Sequence record: OZ035777.1
DNA: 40,656 nucleotides
From: Przondovirus NAN33P1
Strand: one strand, 5' to 3'
The notes beneath the pieces are model-generated. The model ran no database searches. It was not told the DNA's origin and saw only the letters and a list, made by a program, of their open reading frames with translations. Both the position numbers and the translations under genes were made by a program. Shown in pieces: positions 16,362 through 24,608 of this stretch (position 1 is the stretch's first letter; each line of letters opens with the position of its first letter).

Positions 16362-16673
16362 ATGACTACCAAAGCTAAATTCCCCGGCAATACCATTCAG
16401 CTGTCAGACACTATTGACCAGTGGGGCCGCAAGGTTCACATCAACGTCCGCAATGACAAGGTCACTCTGGTCTACCGCTGGAAGGCTAAGAGCGATAACC
16501 GTGCGCACACCCAGCGTGTGACCCTCGACGATACACAGGCAGCTCGACTGCTGGCATCCGTAGCCGTAGCCGCTACTGTAGCTGTTGGTGAGGACAAGGT
16601 CCGTGAGGCCATCCTGAGTAAAGAGGTAGGCGAAACTTCCGTACGTCTGGCCGAGGCGTCAGAAGCTAAGTGA
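16362..16673 (+). CDS. hypothetical protein (103 aa; gene 4.5 position)
   Basis: ATG 16362 preceded by TAAGGAG within a 16-bp direct-repeat copy; no homolog recognised by eye. Confidence 0.6.
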   Translation: MTTKAKFPGNTIQLSDTIDQWGRKVHINVRNDKVTLVYRWKAKSDNRAHTQRVTLDDTQAARLLASVAVAATVAVGEDKVREAILSKEVGETSVRLAEASEAK

Positions 16674-16676
16674 TAA

Positions 16677-16713
16677 ACTCAAGGTCATTACTATATGTAG
16701 TGGCCTTTATGAT
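16677..16713 (+). promoter_or_regulatory. RNase III processing hairpin (T7 R4.7-like)
   Basis: ACTCAAGGTCATTACTATATGTAGTGGCCTTTATGATTA; 11-bp stem (16681-16691 pairs with 16697-16707); same family as the R1.1-like site. Confidence 0.7.
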
Positions 16714-16745
16714 TATCATACACAACATATTGAGAGGACATTACC

Positions 16746-17132
16746 ATGCGTAAACCTGAAGAAATCCGTGCAGACATCGCGAAGCTGACCAAAGAGCTGG
16801 AAGCTGTTAAGATTCATGAGTCCAGACAGGTTGCTGCTGTTAACATCTTGTATAACTTAGGGTGGACACACGACCCTCACAAGGGCTGGCAGAAACCTGC
16901 GCCAAAATGGAGCGACTATAAGGCTCCCCTGAAGGCTGGCGACTTTGCGACTTGGGAGGATGGGACCATTGGTGGTACAGTCTACATCCGCAGTGTCGGC
17001 GACAAGTATGCTCAGGTGTCTCAAGTTCGTGCTATTACCGGGCTGGGTGCTGACGTAGCTAACGGTAGCTTCGCCGTCGAGAAGAGTAAGCTAACCGTAC
17101 GTCCTCGTGAGTATTTCATCGGGCGTCATTAA
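16746..17132 (+). CDS. hypothetical protein (128 aa; gene 4.7 position)
   Basis: ATG 16746 with GAGAGGA upstream; assignment by synteny only. Confidence 0.6.
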   Translation: MRKPEEIRADIAKLTKELEAVKIHESRQVAAVNILYNLGWTHDPHKGWQKPAPKWSDYKAPLKAGDFATWEDGTIGGTVYIRSVGDKYAQVSQVRAITGLGADVANGSFAVEKSKLTVRPREYFIGRH

Positions 17133-17148
17133 GTAACAGGAGACCACT

Positions 17149-19263
17149 ATGTTAGTAACCGATATCGAGGCTAACAACCTCTTAGAGAAAGTCACTCAGT
17201 TCCACTGCGGTGTCATTTATGACTACAGCACGGACGAGTACGTATCGTATCGACCTTGGGACTTCTCAGCGTATCTCGATGCGTTAGAAGCTGAGGTGGC
17301 TCGTGGTGGTCTCATCGTATTCCACAACGGTCACAAGTACGATGCCCCAGTGTTAACCAAGCTGGCCAAGCTCCAGTTAAACCGCGAGTTCCACCTGCCG
17401 CGTGAGAACGTAGTGGACACGTTGGTACTTAGCCGTTTGCTTTTTGCGAACATTAAGGACTCCGACATGGCCCTGCTGCGTTCCGGTAAGTTACCCGGTA
17501 AGCGCTTCGGGTCTCACGCTCTGGAGGCGTGGGGTTACCGCTTAGGCGAGATGAAGGGTGAGTACAAGGACGACTTCAAGAAACTCCTTGAGGAACAAGG
17601 AGAGGACTATGTGGACGGTGCTGAGTGGATTAGCTTCAACGAGCCGATGATGGACTATAACGTTCAGGACGTTGTGGTGACCAAGGCGCTCTTAGAGAAG
17701 TTGCTGAGTGACAAGCACTACTTCCCGGATGACGTTAACTTTACCGATTGCTGTACTGATGCCTTTTGGTATGATTCCTGCGAGGCCGTCTGGCTGGAGC
17801 ACAGAGCTGCGTGGTTGCTCGCTAAGCAGGAGCGTAACGGCTTCCCGTTTGACACCAAGGCCATAGAGGAACTCTACGTTGAACTCGCTGGTCGTCGTTC
17901 TGAACTCCTTCAGACACTTACCGACACTTTCGGTACTTGGTACCAACCTAAGGGAGGCACTGAGTTGTTCCTGCACCCTCGCACCGGGAAGCCTCTTGGT
18001 AAATACCCACGAGTGAAGTACCCGAAACAGGGTGGTATCTACAAGAAACCCAAGAACAAAGCTCAGCGTGAGGGTCGTGAACCCTGTGAGCTGGACACTC
18101 GGGATTACGTAGAGGGCGCTCCATACACACCAGTAGAGCACGTTGTGTTCAACCCAAGTAGCCGAGACCACATTGCACTCAAGCTGAAGGAAGCCGGATG
18201 GATACCTACAGAGTTCACCGATAAAGGTGCGCCTAAGGTAGACGACGAGGTCCTTGAGCATGTACGTGTGGATGACCCTGAGAAGCAGCGCTGTATTGAC
18301 CTCATCAAAGAGTACCTGATGATACAGAAGCGCATAGGTCAGGCGGCTGAGGGTGACAAAGCGTGGCTACGTTACGTTCAAGAGGATGGTAAAATTCATG
18401 GGTCCGTTAATCCCAATGGGGCCGTTACTGGCCGAGCAACACACAGTTTTCCTAACCTCGGACAAGTTCCCGGAGTCCGTTCTCCTTATGGTGAACCTTG
18501 CCGAGCAGCATTCGGAGCTGAACACCACCTTGATGGTATTACTGGAAAACCTTGGGTTCAGGCAGGTATCGACGCCTCCGGTCTGGAGTTACGCTGTCTC
18601 GCCCACTTTATGTCCAAGTACGATAATGGAGATTACGCGGACGTTATCCTCAATGGTGACATTCACACAGTTAATCAACAGGCCGCTGAGCTTCCGACTC
18701 GTGACAACGCGAAGACCTTTATCTACGGATTCCTTTACGGAGCAGGAGATGAGAAGATTGGACAAATCGTTGGAGCAGGTAAGGAACGCGGAAAGGAACT
18801 CAAGAAGAAATTCCTTGAGAACACCCCAGCAATCGCAGCCCTGCGCGAAGGAATCCAGCAGACCCTCGTCGAGTCATCCAGATGGGTTGCCGGAGAGCAG
18901 AAGGTCAAGTGGAAACGACGCTGGATTAAGGGACTGGATGGAAGAAAGGTACACGTACGGTCACCACATGCTGCACTCAACACGTTGCTTCAGTCAGCGG
19001 GTGCGCTCATTTGTAAGCTCTGGATTGTCGAGACTGAAGAGTTACTTCTCAAAGCTGGATTAAAGCACGGTTGGGATGGTGATTTTGCGTACATGGCGTG
19101 GGTACACGATGAGATTCAAGTAGCGTGCAGAACCCCTGAGATTGCACAGCAGGTTATCGACACTGCGCAACAAGCTATGCGTAACGTAGGGGAACACTTT
19201 AAGTTCCGTTGCCGTCTGGATACAGAAGGTAAGATGGGTCCTAACTGGGCCGTATGTCACTAA
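17149..19263 (+). CDS. DNA polymerase (T7 gene 5 homolog)
   Basis: 704 aa, the same length as T7 DNAP and collinear throughout (exonuclease motif M.V.DIEAN.LLE, polymerase motifs). Retains the thioredoxin-binding insertion (YQPKGGTE.F.HPRTGKPL.KYPR.K.PK.GGI.KKPKNKAQREGREPCELDTR). Confidence 0.98.
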   Translation: MLVTDIEANNLLEKVTQFHCGVIYDYSTDEYVSYRPWDFSAYLDALEAEVARGGLIVFHNGHKYDAPVLTKLAKLQLNREFHLPRENVVDTLVLSRLLFANIKDSDMALLRSGKLPGKRFGSHALEAWGYRLGEMKGEYKDDFKKLLEEQGEDYVDGAEWISFNEPMMDYNVQDVVVTKALLEKLLSDKHYFPDDVNFTDCCTDAFWYDSCEAVWLEHRAAWLLAKQERNGFPFDTKAIEELYVELAGRRSELLQTLTDTFGTWYQPKGGTELFLHPRTGKPLGKYPRVKYPKQGGIYKKPKNKAQREGREPCELDTRDYVEGAPYTPVEHVVFNPSSRDHIALKLKEAGWIPTEFTDKGAPKVDDEVLEHVRVDDPEKQRCIDLIKEYLMIQKRIGQAAEGDKAWLRYVQEDGKIHGSVNPNGAVTGRATHSFPNLGQVPGVRSPYGEPCRAAFGAEHHLDGITGKPWVQAGIDASGLELRCLAHFMSKYDNGDYADVILNGDIHTVNQQAAELPTRDNAKTFIYGFLYGAGDEKIGQIVGAGKERGKELKKKFLENTPAIAALREGIQQTLVESSRWVAGEQKVKWKRRWIKGLDGRKVHVRSPHAALNTLLQSAGALICKLWIVETEELLLKAGLKHGWDGDFAYMAWVHDEIQVACRTPEIAQQVIDTAQQAMRNVGEHFKFRCRLDTEGKMGPNWAVCH

Positions 19264-19283
19264 TACTATACAGGAGATTTATC

Positions 19284-19586
19284 ATGGCTATTACCAAGCG
19301 TTTTAAAGTGACCTTTGAGGTTACCAGCGTCATTGACAGCGAGTCCGAGAAGAACCTGAGCGAGACCATTCTTAGTATCGCACAGAAGGTTTCCAAAGGT
19401 GAGAAGGTGGACAACTTCAAGCTGGGTTTACTTGAGGCTGCACTAAACGGTGGTCCTGACGCAGCGGTTGAGTATTGCATCCGACACGGTCTGCGCTCGA
19501 TGGTCAAAGATGCCCATGACGGCCTTTCGTTTAACGAGAAGAAACTTATGCGCTTCTCTCCGGCTATCGTGAGGGTGACCAAGTGA
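19284..19586 (+). CDS. gene 5.5-like protein (T7 gp5.5 binds H-NS)
   Basis: 100 aa from ATG 19284 (SD AGGAGA 19272-19277); MAITKRFKVTFEVT... resembles T7 gp5.5 (MAMTKKFKVSFDVT...) as recalled. Confidence 0.75.
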   Translation: MAITKRFKVTFEVTSVIDSESEKNLSETILSIAQKVSKGEKVDNFKLGLLEAALNGGPDAAVEYCIRHGLRSMVKDAHDGLSFNEKKLMRFSPAIVRVTK

Positions 19587-19792
19587 GTGAATATCTCAAA
19601 GTTCTGGCGGCCCTCAAGGGCTGCCCTAAGTCCTTCCAGTCGAACTACGTGCGTAATAACGCTGCGTTAGTCGCGGAGGCTGCGAGCCGTGGTCACATTT
19701 CGTGCCTGACCATGAGTGGTCGTAATGGTGGCGCTTGGGAGATTACCAGTGCCGGAGTGAAATTCCTTAAGACCCATGGAGGTTGCCTGTGA
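19583..19792 (+). CDS. gene 5.7 protein homolog
   Basis: 69 aa, GTG start overlapping the gp5.5 stop. MSEYLKVLAALKGCPKSFQSNYVRNNAALVAEAASRGHISCLTMSGRNGGAWEITSAGVKFLK is near-identical in pattern to T7 gp5.7. Confidence 0.85.
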   Translation: MSEYLKVLAALKGCPKSFQSNYVRNNAALVAEAASRGHISCLTMSGRNGGAWEITSAGVKFLKTHGGCL

Positions 19793-19965
19793 GAAAGAGA
19801 ATGGTGTTCGTGCACCCTTTGGAACCTAAATCACACTGGGAAACTTCTGGTGGCATCGTCTGGTTTTATAAGGATGGCTACATGCTGCGACAGTCCCATG
19901 TCACCCACAAGGACCTTCATGACCCGAAGATGGGTTTTAAATTCAAGGAGTTAAAGAATGAGTAA
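19789..19965 (+). CDS. hypothetical basic protein (gene 5.9 position, not gp5.9-like)
   Basis: ORF in the track starts at TTG 19783; a GTG at 19789 has SD GGAGG (19778-19782) and an ATG lies at 19801. Product is basic, unlike the acidic T7 gp5.9 RecBCD inhibitor. Start is uncertain. Confidence 0.4.
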   Translation: MRKRMVFVHPLEPKSHWETSGGIVWFYKDGYMLRQSHVTHKDLHDPKMGFKFKELKNE

Positions 19966-20863
19966 GCACACATTGTTATCCTTCAGTGACTACCGGGCAA
20001 CCCAGAAGATTGCCAAGGGTGTCCTTGTGATGGATGGTGACTGGCTGGTGTTCCAAGCCATGAGTGCCGCTGAGTTCGATGCCTCTTGGGAGGAGGAGAT
20101 TTGGCATCGTTGTTGTGACCACGCTAAGGCTCGAGAGATTCTGGAGAACTCCATTGAATCCTACAAAGGGCGCAAGAAGGCGTGGAAGAATGCAGACGTT
20201 GTCCTAGCGTTCACTGACCGTGTCAACTGGCGTAAGCTGCTGGTGGACCCAACGTACAAAGAGAACCGAGCTGTCACTAAGAAGCCTGTGGGTTACTTCG
20301 AGTTCCTTGAATCCGTCTTTGAAACCTACACGTGCGTCCTTGAGCCTCAGCTCGAAGGCGATGACGTGATGGGTATCATCGGGTCTAACCCTCTCGTGTA
20401 TAACTACGAGAAGGCCGTGCTGGTCTCCTGTGACAAGGACTTTAAGACCATCCCGGATTGTGATTTCCTGTGGTGCACGACTGGTAACATCCTCGTTCAG
20501 ACTCAGGAGACCGCCGACTACTGGCACCTCTTCCAGACTATCAAGGGCGACATCACCGATGGTTACGGTGGGATTCCCGGCTGGGGCGATACCGCAGAGG
20601 ACTTCCTCAAGGAGCCCTTCATTGTGGAGCCTGTAACGTCCATATTGAAGTCCGGGAAGAACAAGGGCCAAGAGGTAACCAAGTGGGTGAAACGCGCTCC
20701 TGAGCCGGGAGAGACGCTCTGGGACTGCATTAAGTCCATTGGTGCCAAAGCAGGGATGACCGAAGCGGAAGTAATCAAGCAGGGCCAGATGGCTCGCATC
20801 CTCCGTTCTGATGAGTACAACATCGAGACTGGGGAGATTACTCTATGGCAACCGGGCAGCTGA
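19958..20863 (+). CDS. 5-prime to 3-prime exonuclease (T7 gene 6 homolog)
   Basis: 301 aa; ...GILVMDGDWLVFQAMSAAEFDASWEEEIWHRCCDHAKAR.IL...VLAFTD.VNWRK.LVDP.YK.NR...KKPVGYFEFL...CDKDFKTIP.CDFLWCTTGNIL.QT.E.AD.WHLFQTIKGDITDGY.GI.GWGDTAEDFL is collinear with T7 gp6. Confidence 0.96.
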   Translation: MSKHTLLSFSDYRATQKIAKGVLVMDGDWLVFQAMSAAEFDASWEEEIWHRCCDHAKAREILENSIESYKGRKKAWKNADVVLAFTDRVNWRKLLVDPTYKENRAVTKKPVGYFEFLESVFETYTCVLEPQLEGDDVMGIIGSNPLVYNYEKAVLVSCDKDFKTIPDCDFLWCTTGNILVQTQETADYWHLFQTIKGDITDGYGGIPGWGDTAEDFLKEPFIVEPVTSILKSGKNKGQEVTKWVKRAPEPGETLWDCIKSIGAKAGMTEAEVIKQGQMARILRSDEYNIETGEITLWQPGS

Positions 20864-20955
20864 TTCTTATCGTCCTGACCATGGGCTTAATCGCTCGTGG
20901 TCTCTGGATGTTGGCCTTGATTATCAAGCAGATAGTCGAGCACAAAGCAGAGTGA
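20845..20955 (+). CDS. hypothetical 36-aa membrane peptide (gene 6.3 position)
   Basis: Unlisted ORF MATGQLILIVLTMGLIARGLWMLALIIKQIVEHKAE overlapping the 3-prime end of the exonuclease gene in another frame. Confidence 0.35.
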   Translation: MATGQLILIVLTMGLIARGLWMLALIIKQIVEHKAE

Positions 20956-20971
20956 TAAACTCATGGGCACT

Positions 20972-20994
20972 AATTAGGTAGCACTATAGGGAAG
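20972..20994 (+). promoter_or_regulatory. phage RNAP promoter (phi-6.5-like) embedded in an inverted repeat
   Basis: AATTAGGTAGCACTATAGGGAAG; +1 G at 20989. Flanked by a perfect 9-bp inverted repeat ATGGGCACT / AGTGCCCAT (20963-20971 and 20993-21001) with R1.1-family flanks (ACTCA upstream, TTATGATTAT downstream). Confidence 0.7.
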
Positions 20995-21041
20995 TGCCCA
21001 TTATGATTATTACTTAAAGATTACTTAAAGAGGAGACTCAA

Positions 21042-21287
21042 ATGTTAAAACCTATAGAGCACATCCTTAACAATCCTAATGACCTTCCTGACGTACCGCG
21101 AGCTGTCAAGGAGTACCTACAGTCTCGCTACAATGCTGACTTCCTGTATCAATCAGAGGTTCGTAAGCTGCGTGAGGCTGGTCACAGTGAGGAGTTCATC
21201 TCCGGGGTACTGTATGGTCACCACATGGCTTCGCGTGTCCTTGATGAGATGGAGGGCCGTCAGCGTGCACTCAAAGAAGGAGATTGA
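21042..21287 (+). CDS. gene 6.5-like hypothetical protein
   Basis: 81 aa, ATG 21042 with SD AAGAGGAG (21028-21035); assignment by synteny. Confidence 0.65.
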   Translation: MLKPIEHILNNPNDLPDVPRAVKEYLQSRYNADFLYQSEVRKLREAGHSEEFISGVLYGHHMASRVLDEMEGRQRALKEGD

Positions 21288-21289
21288 TT

Positions 21290-21511
21290 ATGTGTTTCTC
21301 ACCTAAGATGAAATCACCTAAGGTTGACACAACGACTGTCCCTGAGCCAGCGCCACTAACCGAGGAACCTAAGGGTGTCCAGTATGGTGGAGACGAGGAC
21401 TCAAACAGCAGCACTCCCGAGGTGTCAGGTCGTAAGTCACTCAAGGTGACCAAGACGACCGAGCCTACAGGGTCCGTCAGTAAAATCCGTAAGTCAGCTT
21501 TAGGAGGCTAA
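21290..21511 (+). CDS. gene 6.7 protein homolog (virion protein)
   Basis: 73 aa from ATG 21290 (SD AAGGAGA 21277-21283); MCFSPKMKSPKVDTT...EPAPLTEEP...GG......T.EVSGRK.LKV... resembles T7 gp6.7 (MCFSPKIKTPKMDT...) as recalled. Confidence 0.8.
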   Translation: MCFSPKMKSPKVDTTTVPEPAPLTEEPKGVQYGGDEDSNSSTPEVSGRKSLKVTKTTEPTGSVSKIRKSALGG

Positions 21512-21512
21512 C

Positions 21513-21773
21513 ATGGGACTGTTCAAGAAAATCAAGAAGGCTATCTCCAAGGTAGTCAAGGCACCACTCAAGGCCGTTGGTCTGGCAGCAGATGCACCCA
21601 ATGTGCAAACAGCCGCTGAGACACCTGTGGCCGCACCTCAGGAAGCGCCGAAAGAGGTCGTGGAGGACATTGAGTCTTCGGCAGACACTGAGTCTGGTAA
21701 GAAGAAAACTCGCGCCTCCGGTAAGAAGTCCCTCTCAGTTTCCCGCAGCTCAGGCGGTGGGATTAACTTATGA
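21513..21773 (+). CDS. gene 7.3 protein homolog (tail/adsorption-associated)
   Basis: 86 aa; Lys-rich N-terminus and C-terminus ...SGKKKTRASGKKSLSVSRSSGGGINL matching the T7 gp7.3 tail (...GGKKSLSVARSSGGGINI) as recalled. Confidence 0.8.
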   Translation: MGLFKKIKKAISKVVKAPLKAVGLAADAPNVQTAAETPVAAPQEAPKEVVEDIESSADTESGKKKTRASGKKSLSVSRSSGGGINL

Positions 21774-21796
21774 TTGGTTACGGGGAGGGCTAACAA

Positions 21797-23404
21797 ATGG
21801 CAGAAGTTAAACTCGAAGGCTTCGCAGAGGAGGGAGCCAAGGCGGTATACGACCGTCTGAAGAACGACCGACAACCTTATGAGACACGAGCAGAGTCCTG
21901 CGCTCAGTACACGATTCCCTCACTGTTCCCTAAGGACTCCGATAACGCCTCAACCGATTATACGACTCCGTGGCAATCCGTAGGTGCACGTGGACTGAAC
22001 AACCTAGCGTCCAAGCTGATGCTGGCCCTGTTCCCGATGCAGTCATGGATGAAGTTGACCATTAGTGAATACGAAGCGAAGAACCTTCTGGGTGACGCTG
22101 AGGGTCTCGCTAAGGTCGATGAGGGTCTCTCAATGGTAGAGCGCATCATCATGAACTACATCGAGTCCAACAGTTACCGAGTGACTCTCTTTGAGTGCTT
22201 GAAGCAACTGTGTGTGGCCGGGAACGCGCTGCTGTACTTACCGGAGCCTGAGGGTTATACCCCTATGAAGCTCTATCGACTGAACTCGTATGTGGTACAG
22301 CGAGACGCTTTCGGTAACGTACTCCAGATTGTCACCCTAGACAAGATTGCGTTTAACGCTCTCCCTGAGGATGTCCGCAGCCAAGTGGAAGCAGCCCAAG
22401 GTGAGCAGAAGGAAGACGCTGAGATTGACATCTACACCCACGTGTATCTGAACGAAGCCGGGGATGGTTACTCGAAGTACGAAGAGGTTGCCGAAGAGGT
22501 AGTACCGGGCAGCGAAGCTGAGTACCCTCTCGAAGAGTGTCCATACATTCCGGTCCGTATGGTCCGCATCGACGGTGAATCCTACGGACGTTCCTACGTG
22601 GAAGAGTATCTGGGAGACCTAAAGTCCCTAGAGAACCTCCAAGAGTCTATCGTGAAGATGGCAATGATTACCGCCAAGGTTATCGCTCTGGTAGACCCCG
22701 CAGGTATCACTCAGGTCCGCCGACTCACGGCAGCCCAATCTGGCGCGTTCGTACCGGGCCGTAAGCAGGACATTGAGTTCCTCCAATTGGAGAAGTCCGG
22801 TGACTTTACCGTAGCGAAGAACGTAAGCGACACCATTGAGGCTCGCCTCTCGTATGCCTTTATGCTCAACAGTGCGGTACAACGTACAGGCGAGCGAGTC
22901 ACAGCCGAAGAGATTCGGTACGTGGCGTCAGAGCTGGAAGATACCCTTGGCGGTGTCTACTCGATTCTCTCGCAGGAACTCCAGCTGCCTCTGGTAAGAG
23001 TGCTCCTGAAGCAACTACAAGCCACGCAGCAAATCCCGGAGTTACCTAAAGAGGCCGTCGAGCCAACTATCAGCACTGGCCTTGAGGCTATCGGACGCGG
23101 TCAGGACCTTGACAAGCTGGAGCGGTGCATTAACGCATGGTCTGCCCTTAAGGCTCTCGAAGGTGATGATGATCTCAACTTGGCTAACCTCAAGTTGCGA
23201 ATTGCTAACGCTATCGGACTCGACACAGCTGGTATGCTTCTCACTCAGGAAGAGAAGAACGCCCTTATGGCACAGCAAGGTGCTCAGATTGCTACACAGC
23301 AAGGGGCCGCTGCGTTGGGTCAAGGGATGGCCGCTCAGGCTACTGCAAGTCCTGAGGCGATGGCAGCTGCTGCTGATTCCGTAGGTATGCAGCCGGGTAT
23401 GTAA
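21797..23404 (+). CDS. portal (head-to-tail connector) protein (T7 gene 8 homolog)
   Basis: 535 aa, long runs identical to T7 gp8 (…YETRA..CAQYTIPSLFPKDSDNASTDY.TPWQ.VGARGLNNLASKLMLALFPMQ.WM.LTISEYEAK...; C-terminus AAQATASPEAMAAAADSVG.QPG). Confidence 0.98.
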   Translation: MAEVKLEGFAEEGAKAVYDRLKNDRQPYETRAESCAQYTIPSLFPKDSDNASTDYTTPWQSVGARGLNNLASKLMLALFPMQSWMKLTISEYEAKNLLGDAEGLAKVDEGLSMVERIIMNYIESNSYRVTLFECLKQLCVAGNALLYLPEPEGYTPMKLYRLNSYVVQRDAFGNVLQIVTLDKIAFNALPEDVRSQVEAAQGEQKEDAEIDIYTHVYLNEAGDGYSKYEEVAEEVVPGSEAEYPLEECPYIPVRMVRIDGESYGRSYVEEYLGDLKSLENLQESIVKMAMITAKVIALVDPAGITQVRRLTAAQSGAFVPGRKQDIEFLQLEKSGDFTVAKNVSDTIEARLSYAFMLNSAVQRTGERVTAEEIRYVASELEDTLGGVYSILSQELQLPLVRVLLKQLQATQQIPELPKEAVEPTISTGLEAIGRGQDLDKLERCINAWSALKALEGDDDLNLANLKLRIANAIGLDTAGMLLTQEEKNALMAQQGAQIATQQGAAALGQGMAAQATASPEAMAAAADSVGMQPGM

Positions 23405-23425
23405 TTAGGTAGCACTATAGGGAGA
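23403..23425 (+). promoter_or_regulatory. phage RNAP promoter (phi-9-like)
   Basis: AATTAGGTAGCACTATAGGGAGA, exact consensus; +1 G at 23420; overlaps the portal stop codon. Confidence 0.8.
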
Positions 23426-23514
23426 CACATCCAGATTGAGTGAGGTCTGGTCTGAAGGTTCGAGTCCTTCGTGTTTCCCCCCCCCCTCTTAGTCTTAAAT
23501 TTAAGGAGATTGAA

Positions 23515-24474
23515 ATGGCTGGCGAATCTAACGCAGACGTATACGCATCCTTCGGTGTCAACAGTGCTGTGCTGACTGGTAGTACACCTGAGGAGCATCA
23601 AGAAAACATGTTGGCTCTTGATGTTGCTGCCCGTGATGGCGATGATGCAATCGAGCTGAACACCAACAGTGATGACCCGTATGGCTCCGATGTGGACCCG
23701 TTCGGTGAACCTGAAGAGGGCCGTATGCAGGTCCGCATCTCCGCTGACGGTTCCGACGAAGAGTCTACCGAAGGTGAAGAGGGTTCTGAAGAAGAACAGC
23801 ATGGCGACGAAGGGAGTCAGCCGGAGGAAGTAACCGACGATGGCGAACCAGAAGAGTTCAAACCGATTGGTGAAACTCCGGCTGACATCAACGAAGCCTC
23901 TCAGCAGCTGGAAGAACACGAAGCTGGCTTTAACGACATGGTTGCCACTGCAATCGAACGCGGTCTCTCACAGGATGCTGTGACCCGTATTCAGCAGGAA
24001 TACCAGAACGAAGACAGTTTGTCCGATGAGTCCTACCAAGAGTTGGCCGAGGCTGGCTACAGTAAGGCATTCGTCGATGCATACATTCGTGGTCAGGAAG
24101 CTCTGGTTAACCAGTACGTCGAGAAAGTGATGGACTTCGTTGGTGGCCGCGAGCGCTTCCAGCAGGTCTATGGTCACATGAAGACCAACAACCCTGAGGG
24201 TGCTGAGGCACTCATCAAGGCTTTTGAATCCCGTGACGTAGCCACCATGAAGACGATTCTGAACCTAGCGGGACAGTCTCGTGATAAAACCTTTGGTAAG
24301 AAAGCTGAGCGCTCTATTGCCAAGCGTGCAACCCCAGCGAAACCTGTGGCCCGTAAAGCTGAAGGCTTCGAGTCTCAGGCTGAGATGATTAAAGCTATGT
24401 CCGACCCGCGCTACCGCACCGACTCCAAGTACCGTCGTGAAGTGGAACAGAAGGTCATCGACTCTAAGTTTTAA
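23515..24474 (+). CDS. capsid assembly scaffolding protein (T7 gene 9 homolog)
   Basis: 319 aa from ATG 23515 (SD TAAGGAGA 23502-23509); M.ESNADVYASFGVNSAV..G...EEH..NMLALDVAARDGDDAIEL... and C-terminus ...EMIKAMSDPRYRTD..YRR.VEQKVIDS.F are collinear with T7 gp9; acidic central region. Confidence 0.95.
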   Translation: MAGESNADVYASFGVNSAVLTGSTPEEHQENMLALDVAARDGDDAIELNTNSDDPYGSDVDPFGEPEEGRMQVRISADGSDEESTEGEEGSEEEQHGDEGSQPEEVTDDGEPEEFKPIGETPADINEASQQLEEHEAGFNDMVATAIERGLSQDAVTRIQQEYQNEDSLSDESYQELAEAGYSKAFVDAYIRGQEALVNQYVEKVMDFVGGRERFQQVYGHMKTNNPEGAEALIKAFESRDVATMKTILNLAGQSRDKTFGKKAERSIAKRATPAKPVARKAEGFESQAEMIKAMSDPRYRTDSKYRREVEQKVIDSKF

Positions 24475-24495
24475 TTAGGTAGCACTATAGGGAGA
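24473..24495 (+). promoter_or_regulatory. phage RNAP promoter (phi-10-like, major capsid)
   Basis: AATTAGGTAGCACTATAGGGAGA, exact consensus; +1 G at 24490. The transcript begins with an interrupted 12-bp hairpin (GGGAGA/TCTCCC plus CCCAGC/GCTGGG, 24490-24528). Confidence 0.8.
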
Positions 24496-24608
24496 CCCCA
24501 GCGCCGATGCAAGGCTGGGACTTCTCCCTTCGAGTTACACAATGAGTATCACCTCGTTTCAAGTAGTACCTCAAAACATTTCGTATAAACAACATAAGGA
24601 GATTCAAC

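Noticed and set aside
23429-23486. Possible tRNA gene suggested by the GGTTCGAGTCC T-arm motif
   Set aside because: The candidate structure spans only about 60 nt with no room for D and anticodon arms of canonical size and no CCA context; interpreted as a structured mRNA leader instead.
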